A stretch of DNA of 64,000 bases from positions 16,884-80,883 of the forward strand of contig DWXC01000013.1 in the NCBI GenBank assembly GCA_019119395.1, given 5' to 3'. Positions 20,178 through 29,162 of the stretch are shown here, in pieces. Each line of letters begins with the position of its first letter. The stretch's first letter is position 1. The DNA is from Candidatus Borkfalkia stercoripullorum. Its GTDB lineage: Bacteria; Bacillota; Clostridia; Christensenellales; Borkfalkiaceae. The position numbers and the translations under genes are program-made. The notes beneath the pieces were generated by a model. The model did no database searches, was not told where the DNA came from, and saw nothing but the letters and a program-made list of their open reading frames with translations.

Positions 20178-20253
20178 TGGAGCTGGTGATTGGAATCGAA
20201 CCCACAACCTGCTGATTACAAATCAGCTGCTCTGCCAGTTGAGCTACACCAGC
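20178..20253 (-). tRNA. tRNA-Thr(TGT)
   Basis: Reverse complement GCTGGTGTAGCTCAACTGGCAGAGCAGCTGATTTGTAATCAG...CCAGCTCCA. Confidence 0.95.
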
Positions 20254-20258
20254 ATGGT

Positions 20259-20334
20259 TGGTGCCTCGGGGCGGAATCGAACCACCGACACAGGGATTTT
20301 CAGTCCCTTGCTCTACCGACTGAGCTACCGAGGC
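20259..20334 (-). tRNA. tRNA-Phe(GAA)
   Basis: Reverse complement GCCTCGGTAGCTCAGTCGGTAGAGCAAGGGACTGAAAATCCC...GAGGCACCA. Confidence 0.95.
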
Positions 20335-20391
20335 ATTTTAAAGCCTGCTTGGCAGCCCACATATGCTATCAAACAGGCTTTCTCGAAAGAG

Positions 20392-20468
20392 TGGCGACCC
20401 GGAACGGTCTCGAACCGTCGACCTCCAGCGTGACAGGCTGGCGTTCTAACCAACTGAACTACCGGGCC
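20392..20468 (-). tRNA. tRNA-Asp(GTC)
   Basis: Reverse complement GGCCCGGTAGTTCAGTTGGTTAGAACGCCAGCCTGTCACGCTGG...GGGTCGCCA. Confidence 0.95.
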
Positions 20469-20481
20469 AAAAAATAAGGTG

Positions 20482-20558
20482 TGGTGGGCCTTCACGGACT
20501 CGAACCGCGGACCAATCGGTTATGAGCCGACCGCTCTAACCAACTGAGCTAAAGGCCC
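20482..20558 (-). tRNA. tRNA-Ile2(CAT), lysidine type
   Basis: Reverse complement GGGCCTTTAGCTCAGTTGGTTAGAGCGGTCGGCTCATAACCG...GGCCCACCA; body resembles Firmicute Ile2 rather than Met. Confidence 0.85.
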
Positions 20559-20690
20559 CTGTTTACGGGTTACATTGTCTCAATCACAACGCTTGACTAT
20601 TTTATAATATATAGCCGAAAATGTCAACTGTTTTTTTGCTTTTTTCCGAGTTTTTTTCCTGGTTTTTTCATCATTTTTCAAAAAGGTCGA

Positions 20691-20697
20691 TTCGACA
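20691..20697 (-). promoter_or_regulatory. Putative Spo0A box upstream of spoIIA
   Basis: TTCGACA, the reverse complement of TGTCGAA; a near-match TGTCGCA lies at 20721. Confidence 0.4.
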
Positions 20698-20811
20698 AAA
20701 CTTTTCAGCGGGTGTCACATTGTCGCAAAATCTTCCGCCGTGGCGATGGTATCCTTTTGATATGAAAAAAGCGCGCCGCGGTTTCAGACGGTGCGGCATG
20801 CGGAGAAAGGT

Positions 20812-21120
20812 ATGAACATAACGGTGAAAGGCACGGCAGATACGCTGTACATATATCTTTCGGGCGAGCTTGACGAATACAGCGCGCCCGAAGCGCGCCG
20901 CAGGGCAGACGAGGAGATCGACCGCCGCGCGGGCGTGGGCAGGGTGGTGATCGATCTTGCCGAAGTTCGGTTTATGGACTCGACTGCGATCGGATTTCTG
21001 ATCGGCAGGTACAAAAAACTCAAACGCTATTCGACGCCCCTTTTCGTGCGGGGCGCTTCCGCCGCGGCGGACAAGGTGCTTTCCGTAAGTGGCATTTACA
21101 CGCTCATTCCCAAAATATAG
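20812..21120 (+). CDS. spoIIAA: Anti-sigma F factor antagonist
   Basis: STAS domain: LSGELDEY, FMDSTAIGFLIGRYKK; first gene of the triad. Confidence 0.92.
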   Translation: MNITVKGTADTLYIYLSGELDEYSAPEARRRADEEIDRRAGVGRVVIDLAEVRFMDSTAIGFLIGRYKKLKRYSTPLFVRGASAAADKVLSVSGIYTLIPKI

Positions 21121-21136
21121 AGGAGAAACCATTGCA

Positions 21137-21583
21137 ATGAATCACATGAAACTGGAATTTGACGCCCTTTCCGAAAACGAGCCGTTCGCGCGCAATGCGG
21201 TCGCGGCGTTCTGTTTAAGCCTCGACCCTTCCCTCGACGAACTTTCCGACGTAAAAACCGCCGTCAGCGAGGCGGTCACCAACTGCATCGTGCACGCGTA
21301 CCGCGGTTCGCGCGGCACGGTGGTGATTGAATGCGAAACGGAGGGGGACGCCGTACATATCCGCATTTCCGATTCGGGCAGGGGCATTAGCGACCTGAAA
21401 AAGGCGCTCGAACCCTTTTATACCGAAACGGAAGACGAGGAGCGTTCGGGTATGGGGTTTACGATCATGCAGACGTTTATGTCCGGTTTTTCCGTCCGTT
21501 CGGAAAAGGGCAAGGGCACGACGGTGAGCATGTCGAAGTACTTCGGGCGCAATAAAAGTTCGGAAGTGGCGAATGTTGAGTGA
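21137..21583 (+). CDS. spoIIAB: Anti-sigma F factor
   Basis: NEPFARNAVAAF, DVKTAVSEAVTNCIVHAY, ERSGMGFTIM. Confidence 0.95.
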   Translation: MNHMKLEFDALSENEPFARNAVAAFCLSLDPSLDELSDVKTAVSEAVTNCIVHAYRGSRGTVVIECETEGDAVHIRISDSGRGISDLKKALEPFYTETEDEERSGMGFTIMQTFMSGFSVRSEKGKGTTVSMSKYFGRNKSSEVANVE

Positions 21584-22295
21584 TGAAGAAACCTTTGCTT
21601 ATATCCGCGCCGCCAAACAGGGAGACGAGCGCGCCAAGGCGATTTTGTTGGAAAACAACACATCGCTTTTAAAGAGCATCGTCAAGCGCTACCTGGGCAA
21701 AGGCGTTGAGTTCGACGATCTGTTCCAACTTGCGGGTATGGGGCTTTTGAAAGCAATACAGGGCTTTGACGAGCGCTTCGGCGTAAAATTTTCTACGTAT
21801 GCCGTACCGATGATCGCGGGGGAGATCAAGCGCTTCATGCGGGACGACGGCTCCGTAAAAGTTTCGCGCGCCATTAAATATACGGCGAAAAAGATGAACG
21901 TTTTTATCGAGGAATATTCCGTCAAATACGGCCGCCCGCCCACCGTCGCTCAGATCGCCGAGCAGTTCGGCGTGGAAGAGAGCGAGGCTGTGTTTATCCT
22001 CGGTTCTTCCCGCATGCCCGTCTCCATATACGAAAAGGGAGAATACAAAGACGAAGATTCCCGCGAACTTTTAGACCGCCTTCCCGCGGCGGACGATCAG
22101 GACGATCTGATCGAAAAGATGCAGCTCAAAAGCGCGATCGCCGCGCTTCCCGAGAGGGAGCGGAAGATTATTTTTTTGCGGTATTTCCGCGATATGACGC
22201 AGAGCGAAGTCGCCGAGGTGATCGGCGTGTCGCAGGTGCAGATCTCGCGTATAGAGAGCCGTATCGTATCCGAAATGAAAGAAAAACTCGGGTAA
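21573..22295 (+). CDS. sigF: RNA polymerase sporulation sigma factor SigF
   Basis: FDDLFQLAGMGLLKAI, KFSTYAVPMIAGEIKRFMRDDG, TQSEVAEVIGVSQVQISRIE; spoIIA context. Confidence 0.92.
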   Translation: MLSDEETFAYIRAAKQGDERAKAILLENNTSLLKSIVKRYLGKGVEFDDLFQLAGMGLLKAIQGFDERFGVKFSTYAVPMIAGEIKRFMRDDGSVKVSRAIKYTAKKMNVFIEEYSVKYGRPPTVAQIAEQFGVEESEAVFILGSSRMPVSIYEKGEYKDEDSRELLDRLPAADDQDDLIEKMQLKSAIAALPERERKIIFLRYFRDMTQSEVAEVIGVSQVQISRIESRIVSEMKEKLG

Positions 22296-22309
22296 TATTT
22301 TTGAGTTTT

Positions 22310-22350
22310 AAAACCCGCGCAGCCGAAGGCTTTTCGGCGGCGCGGGTTTT
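22310..22350 (+). terminator. Terminator after sigF
   Basis: AAAACCCGCGCAGCCGAA...TTCGGCGGCGCGGGTTTT hairpin. Confidence 0.65.
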
Positions 22351-22524
22351 GCTTTTTTCGAGCGAAGCGGCGTTTTGGGGGCGCGGTGCGGCTGCCGAAG
22401 CGGCAAATCGGGCAGGGTTTCGGGAAAATAAAAAAATTTTAAAAAAGTTTCAAAAATTTTTTTCGCATTCTCAAAAACTGATACACCTGTTTGCTATAAT
22501 GGAGAAAACAAATCGGAGGTTTTT

Positions 22525-23412
22525 ATGGCTTTGAACAAAAAGTATTCGGTCGCGGCGGCGACGCTGCCGTATGTTCTGCTGTGTTACGCATTTTTTATAT
22601 TGTCACCGCAGATCATTGGCGGAGAAACGTTTGTCTTGATCCCTACGGCAATGCTTTTTCTCGGGTCGGCGCTCTATGCGGCGGGTTTGTATTTTTATCT
22701 GAAAGCGGATAAAAAAATATTCCTGCACGCAAGCGCGGCATACAGTGCGGCGGGGGCGTTGGTTCCCAGTATACTGTTCATGATGTGGGCCGATATGACC
22801 GAGGGCGTCTGCTTCATGGTATGCGTTTTGCTGGCGGCGGCGTTTTATGTGTTGGGCGCGCTGACGCTCAAAAGCGCGTCTTCGGATGGCCGCCCGTTCG
22901 GGCTGCTGCCGGTATCCGTGTTTTCCTTCCTGCTCGCGGGGACGGATTGGCTGGGTTATTACAATTTCGGGTCTTGGAGCGTTCCCGAAATTCTTGTTGC
23001 CGTTCAGTGGAATATATCATGGTTCACATTCGCTGCGGTCATCGTCGGCATGGGGTATTACTATCTGTGCTGCCGCGGAAAATCGGGTAAAAATTTGGCG
23101 TTGATCGCCCTGGCAGTATGCGGGGTACTGACGGTCTGTTCCGTCTGCCTGACCTATATGCTCGGGGGCTGGTATTTGGCAGATATATATTTTATGATCG
23201 GCGTCTTGCTCGCTTATCTGACGCTTTTCGTCGTATGCTTACTCGCGGTGATACGATTGATCCCGCAGGGGGCGGCGAAAACGGCGATGACCGCAACACC
23301 GACGAAAGCCCCCCTCGAAGCGCTTTCCGATTTAAACAAACTGCGTCAGGCGGGCATTCTGACCGAAGAGGAATATCAGGAACAAAAAAATAAAATTTTG
23401 GGAGATAAATGA
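22525..23412 (+). CDS. Multi-pass membrane protein with C-terminal SHOCT domain
   Basis: About 8 hydrophobic segments; tail EALSDLNKLRQAGILTEEEYQEQKNKIL. Confidence 0.8.
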   Translation: MALNKKYSVAAATLPYVLLCYAFFILSPQIIGGETFVLIPTAMLFLGSALYAAGLYFYLKADKKIFLHASAAYSAAGALVPSILFMMWADMTEGVCFMVCVLLAAAFYVLGALTLKSASSDGRPFGLLPVSVFSFLLAGTDWLGYYNFGSWSVPEILVAVQWNISWFTFAAVIVGMGYYYLCCRGKSGKNLALIALAVCGVLTVCSVCLTYMLGGWYLADIYFMIGVLLAYLTLFVVCLLAVIRLIPQGAAKTAMTATPTKAPLEALSDLNKLRQAGILTEEEYQEQKNKILGDK

Positions 23413-23413
23413 C

Positions 23414-23896
23414 ATGTTTGAAAACAATGACAAAACGCTTTTGACCGCGCGGATCGTTCTGAACGTGGCGATCGGAATTTTCGTCGTCCTGTGCATCGTC
23501 GCGGGCATCGTGCTCTGCGTCATGGAAATGCTCGAATTCGGCATCCCTCTCATGCTCGTCGGGCCGTTTCTCTGCTGGCTCGTATGGGTTTTCGCGCGGC
23601 TGCACCTGTCGCACCTGTGCGACATAAAACTCATCCGCAATAAGCTGTACGGGGCGGGCAACGAAGGGCTTTCCGTGTTTTTGGAGAAAAAGGAACAGGA
23701 TTCCGAAACATACGGCGCATATCCTGCCGCGGGCGGATCGGGTGCGTCGCAGCCCGCTATATCGAAAAGCGAAGACCAAAGCGCGAAGCAAAGCGTTTCC
23801 GACAACACGGCGCGGCTGTTCAAACTCAAAGAACTGCTCGATTCGGGCGCCATTACGGAAGAAGAATTCGAGCGGGAAAAGAAAAAATATCTGTGA
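23414..23896 (+). CDS. Two-TM membrane protein with C-terminal SHOCT domain
   Basis: Two hydrophobic helices, HLCDIKLIRNKLY, tail LFKLKELLDSGAITEEEFEREKKKYL. Confidence 0.8.
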   Translation: MFENNDKTLLTARIVLNVAIGIFVVLCIVAGIVLCVMEMLEFGIPLMLVGPFLCWLVWVFARLHLSHLCDIKLIRNKLYGAGNEGLSVFLEKKEQDSETYGAYPAAGGSGASQPAISKSEDQSAKQSVSDNTARLFKLKELLDSGAITEEEFEREKKKYL

Positions 23897-23950
23897 AACA
23901 ATACGGGCAGTGAGCGGGCGGCTTCCTTTGCGGAAGCCGCCCGTATTTTG

Positions 23951-24095
23951 TTACGTTTCGACAGTTTTTGTCGCAACGTTGCGAACGAACGCGGCGTCGT
24001 GTTCGACGAATAAAAGGGACGGGCGGTACTTTAAGAGAAGATCTTCGATCTGTATGCGCGAAACGAGGTCGATATAATTGAGCGGCTCGTCCCAC
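23951..24095 (-). pseudogene. C-terminal remnant of an ABC-F (Lsa-like) ATPase
   Basis: WDEPLNYIDLVSRIQIEDLLLKYRPSLLFVEHDAAFVRNVATKTVE (Walker B, D-loop, H-switch) with nothing homologous upstream. Confidence 0.7.
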
Positions 24096-24202
24096 ACGTC
24101 CGTTATATCGGTCGTTTTAACACGCGCGGGGTGCGCGGTCAAGCAGAATCGCACAAATTTGCAAATTCGCGCGGTTAAAATGCGCCGCAGCGCCGATATA
24201 GG

Positions 24203-24231
24203 TTGACAAGAGCGTGTTTTTTCTTTATACT
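24203..24231 (+). promoter_or_regulatory. sigA promoter for the riboswitch-controlled symporter
   Basis: TTGACA-17 nt-TATACT. Confidence 0.75.
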
Positions 24232-24244
24232 ATACCCGAAAATA

Positions 24245-24325
24245 CTCTGGAGAGACCAAAAAAACGGCGCCGAAGGTGTAACCCGCGAGATCTTCGCGGC
24301 TATCTCTCAGGCAAAGAGGACAGAG
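24245..24325 (+). ncRNA. Glycine riboswitch (single aptamer)
   Basis: CTCTGGAGAGACC...CGCCGAAGGTGTAA...CTCTCAGGCAAAGAGGACAGAG, upstream of an Ala/Gly symporter. Confidence 0.88.
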
Positions 24326-24381
24326 CGGTTTTTTATCCCTCGGTCGCTTTCGGGCGGCTTTCTTTTTTGGCAAAAGCACGA

Positions 24382-25959
24382 ATGTCATTCGGTGAGATCA
24401 TTTCCAAAATCGACGAGTACGTGTGGGGCATCCCGCTGATCGTACTTATTTTGGGCGCGGGCATTTACCTGTCGGTGCGGCTGTTGTTCGTTCCGATCCG
24501 CAAACTCGGCCGCGCGTTCAAGTATATGTTCCATAAAGAAGAGGGCGCGGGCGAAGTTTCCAGCTTCGGCGCGCTTTGCACCGCGCTTTCGGCAACGATC
24601 GGAACGGGCAACATCGTCGGCGTCGCCACGGCGATCACGCTGGGCGGGCCGGGCGCGCTTTTCTGGATGTGGATCGCCGCCTTTTTCGGCATGGCGACGA
24701 AATATGCGGAAGGGCTTTTGGCTGTCAAATACCGCAAGGTATACGACGACGGCCATACGCTGGGCGGGCCTTTCTATTATATTGAAAACGGGCTCGGTAA
24801 GCGCTGGAAATTTCTCGCCGTCATCTTTGCGGTGCTCGGCATGTGCGTGGGGCTGTTCGGTATAGGCACGTTTTCACAGGTCAACAGTATCACCGATTCG
24901 GTCGGGAACATTTTTTCGGGCGCGCCCGCGCTCTCCCTTTTCGGCAGGGAATACAATATCGCCGTGATCGTTGCGGGCGTCATTCTGACCGCCGTCGTGG
25001 CTTTGGTGCTTCTCGGCGGGGTCAAGCGCATAGCGAAGGTTTCGGAAATGGTCGTGCCGTTCATGGTCATACTGTATGTGGCCGTATGCCTGATCATTCT
25101 GGGCGCGAACGTCACGGCGATCCCGTCGGCATTCCGTCAGATCGTGGTCGGGGCGTTCAGTCCTGCGGCGATCGGGGCGGGGGCGCTCGGCAGCTTTTTC
25201 GTCGCCATGCAAAAGGGCATCGCGCGCGGCATTTTCTCCAACGAAGCGGGGCTCGGTTCCGCGCCGATCGCCGCGGCGGCCGCCAAGACCAAAGAACCCG
25301 TCAGGCAGGGGCTCGTTTCCATGACCGGCACCTTCCTTGATACTCTCATCGTCTGCACCATGACGGGGCTTGCCATCGTCATCACGGGCGCGTGGAACAC
25401 GGGGTTGGAAGGCGTCGCGGTCACCATGCAGGCTTTTTCCGAAGGGCTTCCGGGCGTTCTGGGTACGGCAGGGCCCGTCATTCTGATGGTGTGCCTCATC
25501 TTTTTCGCATTCACGACCATCCTCGGCTGGAATTTTTACGGGGAACGCTGCCTCGAATACGTTGCGGGGCGCAAAAAGGCCGCGATCTATGTCTACCGTG
25601 CCCTTTATATCCTCGCCGTGTTTGTCGGCCCGTACATGACCGTCGCGGCGGTCTGGAACATCGCGGACATTTTCAACGGGCTCATGGCGATCCCGAACCT
25701 GATCGCTTTGCTGTTGCTTTCCGGCGTGGTCGCGCGGGAAACGAGGGCGTATTTCAAAAAATATCCGAAAATGAAGGACGTAAAAGCTGCGGAAGCTGCG
25801 GGTGCGATCCCCGAAAGCGCTCCGCCAGAAATCGTGGAAACGCCGTTCGAGGCGGAAGAGGCGTCCGGCGGCTGCTCTCCCGGAGACGCGAATGCTTCGG
25901 AACCGTCGGACAGCGCCGTGGTTTCGGGATCGCCGCCCGGCGGGAAGGGGAACGAATAA
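24382..25959 (+). CDS. Alanine/glycine:cation symporter (AGCS family)
   Basis: ATIGTGNIVGVATAI, GGPGALFWMW, GIFSNEAGLGSAPIA and MAIPNLIALLLLS motifs. Confidence 0.93.
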   Translation: MSFGEIISKIDEYVWGIPLIVLILGAGIYLSVRLLFVPIRKLGRAFKYMFHKEEGAGEVSSFGALCTALSATIGTGNIVGVATAITLGGPGALFWMWIAAFFGMATKYAEGLLAVKYRKVYDDGHTLGGPFYYIENGLGKRWKFLAVIFAVLGMCVGLFGIGTFSQVNSITDSVGNIFSGAPALSLFGREYNIAVIVAGVILTAVVALVLLGGVKRIAKVSEMVVPFMVILYVAVCLIILGANVTAIPSAFRQIVVGAFSPAAIGAGALGSFFVAMQKGIARGIFSNEAGLGSAPIAAAAAKTKEPVRQGLVSMTGTFLDTLIVCTMTGLAIVITGAWNTGLEGVAVTMQAFSEGLPGVLGTAGPVILMVCLIFFAFTTILGWNFYGERCLEYVAGRKKAAIYVYRALYILAVFVGPYMTVAAVWNIADIFNGLMAIPNLIALLLLSGVVARETRAYFKKYPKMKDVKAAEAAGAIPESAPPEIVETPFEAEEASGGCSPGDANASEPSDSAVVSGSPPGGKGNE

Positions 25960-26032
25960 ATTGCGAACCGCATCGGGGGCGGGAGTGCTCCGCCCGTCCC
26001 GGAAAATGTGAAAAAAAGTTTTTGAGAGGTCT

Positions 26033-27544
26033 ATGATGAAAGAAGAAAACACGCCGCTGATAGGCGATTTCGCGGAGGAAGCGCCCGCCGAAAGCCCTGC
26101 GGAAAACGCTGCCGCCCCCGACGGGGCGCCCGTACGGGAAGCGGCGGAAGAAGTGTCTGCGCAAAACGCGGATGAGGGAAAACAGGGAACGAAAAAGCAC
26201 GGCTTTTCGGGCAAGCTCGGGTTCGTGCTCGCCGCGGCGGGGTCTGCGGTCGGGCTCGGGAATCTGTGGCGATTCCCGTACCTTGCCGCGCAGTACGGCG
26301 GCGGCATGTTTTTGCTGTGTTACGTCATTCTCGCGGTCACGTTCGGGTTCAGCCTGCTGATCCTGGAGATCGCGATCGGACGCAAAACGGGCAAGGGCGT
26401 CATCGGCGCGTTCGCTGCGCTCAACAAAAAATTCAAATGGTTCGGATTTATCTGCCTTGCCGTGCCGATCATCATCGTGCCATATTATTGCGTGATCGGC
26501 GGCTGGGTCTTGAAGTACATTTGGGCGTTTGCCATAGGGGATATGTCCGCATTCGGCAGCCAGGCGGCCGCGGGCGATTATTTCAACGCGTTCATCGGCG
26601 GAACGTGGGAACCGATCGTGTTCTTCCTCCTCTTTGCGGCGGCGACCGTGTTCGTCGTCGTGTTCGGGGTGCAGAAGGGCATCGAACGCGTCAGCAAAGT
26701 GCTCATGCCGCTCCTGGCGATCCTCGCGGTTTTCCTCGCGGTCTACGCGTGCTGTCAGCCGGGGGCGCTCGAAGGGGTCAAAAAACTCTTCGTTCCCGAC
26801 TTTTCCGATTTCCGCGCGGAAACGCTGCTCGCCGCGCTCGGCCAGCTGTTCTATTCGATGTCTCTCGCCATGGGCATTATGATCACGTACGGGTCGTATA
26901 TGAAAAAGAGTGCGAACATTCAAAGCTCGGGGCGGCAGATCTCTCTGTGCGACACCTTGTTCGCGATCTTTGCGGCGCTCATCGTCATTCCTTCCATATT
27001 CTCGGTCACGGGCGGCGGAACGGCCGCCGAGGACGCGATGAACGCTTCCGGCCCTTCGCTCATGTTCGTGGTGCTTCCGCAGATGTTCAACGGGATGTTC
27101 GGCGGCAGGATCATCGGCATGATCTTTTTTATCCTCGTGCTGTTCGCCGCGCTCACGTCGTCCATATCCCTCGTGGAAACGATCGTCGCCGTCCTTCGGG
27201 AAAACTGCAACATCAAGCGCTGGGCGGCCTGCCTGATCGTGTTCGGAGTCATGCTCGTGCTGGGGATCCTCTCTTCGCTCGGATTCGGGCCGCTCTCGTC
27301 GGTGCAGATCGGCGGCAAGACCATTCTCGATATCTTCGATTATGCGGCAAACAGCATCATCATGCCGCTCGTCGCGATCGGCACGTGCGTCATCGCGGGG
27401 TTTTTCGTGGACGTCAATATCCTTATGGATGAGATCGGGCTGAAAAGCAAAGCGGGGCGCATGTATTTCAAGATCATGATACGCTTTGTCGCGCCGATCT
27501 GTATGGCGGCGATTTTTATCAGCGGAATTTTCCCGGTATTGTAA
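26033..27544 (+). CDS. Sodium-dependent transporter (NSS/SNF family)
   Basis: GSAVGLGNLWRFPY, GQLFYSMSLAMG and AALTSSISLVE motifs. Confidence 0.93.
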   Translation: MMKEENTPLIGDFAEEAPAESPAENAAAPDGAPVREAAEEVSAQNADEGKQGTKKHGFSGKLGFVLAAAGSAVGLGNLWRFPYLAAQYGGGMFLLCYVILAVTFGFSLLILEIAIGRKTGKGVIGAFAALNKKFKWFGFICLAVPIIIVPYYCVIGGWVLKYIWAFAIGDMSAFGSQAAAGDYFNAFIGGTWEPIVFFLLFAAATVFVVVFGVQKGIERVSKVLMPLLAILAVFLAVYACCQPGALEGVKKLFVPDFSDFRAETLLAALGQLFYSMSLAMGIMITYGSYMKKSANIQSSGRQISLCDTLFAIFAALIVIPSIFSVTGGGTAAEDAMNASGPSLMFVVLPQMFNGMFGGRIIGMIFFILVLFAALTSSISLVETIVAVLRENCNIKRWAACLIVFGVMLVLGILSSLGFGPLSSVQIGGKTILDIFDYAANSIIMPLVAIGTCVIAGFFVDVNILMDEIGLKSKAGRMYFKIMIRFVAPICMAAIFISGIFPVL

Positions 27545-27749
27545 AAACAGAAAAAAGACGCGCAAGCCTTCGCTTTTTTGAATGCGAAGGCTTGTTTTTC
27601 GGTATAAAAAGGCGCTCCTCGGCGCAAAATACCGGTATGGAAAACAGAGTGCGCGTTTACGACCCCGACGGGGTCAGAACGAGAGAAGAACGGGAAAGCC
27701 TGGTCAAAAAATTTTCCCCCGCCGAGGGGAAACACGGGAGGGAAAACTG

Positions 27750-28259
27750 ATGCCGCAGGATCGTGCCGGAGCCGTAAAGGGTACGCAGTCTTCGAATGCG
27801 GGGCACGGCGAAGGGATGCCGCGCGTCAATCAAAATTATCTCGATTACGTCCGTTCGTTTGCCGCGCCGACAAAGCATTTTCATAACTGTCTGCGCGCTT
27901 TCACGGTCGGGGGAGGGATATGCTGTATCGGACAGTTTATCCGCATCATGCTGGAAAACTGGGCGCACCTTTCGGGGGACGAACTGGCGGGCACGGTTTC
28001 TGTCGTGCTCATCTTTTTCGGCTGCCTGCTCACGGGGCTCGGGGTATACGACCGCATCGGCAAGGCGGCGGGCGCGGGTTCGATCGTGCCGATCACGGGT
28101 TTTGCCAACAGCGTCGCTTCTCCCGCGCTCGAATTCAAGTCGGAAGGCCTCGTCACGGGCCTTGCCGCGAAAATGTTCGTCGTTGCCGGGCCGATCATCG
28201 TGTACGGCGTATTGTCGGGCGCGGCGGTCGGGCTGGTCTATTTTTTATTGAACATTTGA
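27750..28259 (+). CDS. spoVAC: Stage V sporulation protein AC
   Basis: AFTVGGGICCIGQ, LTGLGVYDRIGKAAGAGSIVPITGFANS, KMFVVAGPIIVYG; start codon uncertain. Confidence 0.85.
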   Translation: MPQDRAGAVKGTQSSNAGHGEGMPRVNQNYLDYVRSFAAPTKHFHNCLRAFTVGGGICCIGQFIRIMLENWAHLSGDELAGTVSVVLIFFGCLLTGLGVYDRIGKAAGAGSIVPITGFANSVASPALEFKSEGLVTGLAAKMFVVAGPIIVYGVLSGAAVGLVYFLLNI

Positions 28260-28334
28260 AGGGGAAAAGGGGGCAAATCGGTTTGTCTCTCTTTTTTCTT
28301 TTGACTTTATATTTTTATGTGATATAATAGCTTT

Positions 28335-28748
28335 ATGTCTGTGTGTGCGAAAACGGAAACAAAAAAGATCGATTTGGGCAAAGACGGTATCGGCGGGCTC
28401 GTTGTACGGCTTGCCGTGCCCGCCGTCGTTGCGCAGATCATCAATCTGCTTTACAATATGGTCGACCGCATGTACGTGAGCGGCATCAAGGACGTCGGCA
28501 CGGATGCGCTTGCGGGCCTCGGCGTGGTTTTTCCGATCACGCTTATCGTCAGCGCGTTCGCAAACCTCGTAGGGCTGGGCGGCGCGCCGCTTTCCGGTAT
28601 TTTTCTCGGCGAAAAAAAAGAGAGAGGAGGCGGAAAAAGTATTCAACGCGGGAAGCGCTCCTGGAAAACGAAAGGAATGCGAAAGCCGACGCCCTTTCGG
28701 AAACGGTCGTAAAGTCCGACTCCGCGCAAACGGAAGATGAAACGTAAG
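28335..28748 (+). pseudogene. MATE efflux transporter relic (first about 100 codons, frameshift, internal deletion)
   Basis: LAVPAVVAQIINLLYNMVDRMYV...ALAGLGVVFPITLIVSAF is a MATE N-terminus; similarity stops near 28660. Confidence 0.8.
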
Positions 28749-28841
28749 CGTTAGACGAAATGTGAAAAGAACGCGCCCGCGGCAAATTTGCCGCGGGCGC
28801 GCACCGTTATTTTATAAATTCCGGAAAGAACATTGCAAGGT

Positions 28842-29162
28842 TTACGCGATCAGCGCGATGAGCTGTTCGGCGATGAACACCGCCGCGATGGCGGAAAGGG
28901 ATACGACGAGCAGCCCGCGCCTGAAATAGGAGAGTACGAGCGCAACCGCCGTGCCCGCGATGCCCGACCAAAGGCTCGCCGTCGAAAACAGGATGCCGGG
29001 GAACACCATCACAGCCAGCACGCTGTAGGGGAGATAATATAAAAACGACTGCACATATTTGTTTGTGATCTTTTTTCTTACGAGCAAAAGCCCCGCCGCT
29101 TTGGTGATATAGGTCACGGCAAACATCACGAGGCATCCGATCAGCATATCCGCAAGGGTCAT
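28842..29162 (-). CDS. azlD: AzlD family branched-chain amino acid exporter small subunit
   Basis: MFAVTYITKA, FLYYLPYSVLAVMVFPGI; follows azlC. Confidence 0.8.
   Translation of the reverse strand: MTLADMLIGCLVMFAVTYITKAAGLLLVRKKITNKYVQSFLYYLPYSVLAVMVFPGILFSTASLWSGIAGTAVALVLSYFRRGLLVVSLSAIAAVFIAEQLIALIA

Noticed and set aside
19555-20205. N-terminal 216 codons of the 389-aa ORF 19036-20205
   Set aside because: They run through tRNA genes and intergenic DNA; the real start is probably ATG 19554
20482-20558. tRNA-Met call
   Set aside because: The CAT anticodon is present but the body matches the Ile2 type and lacks initiator features
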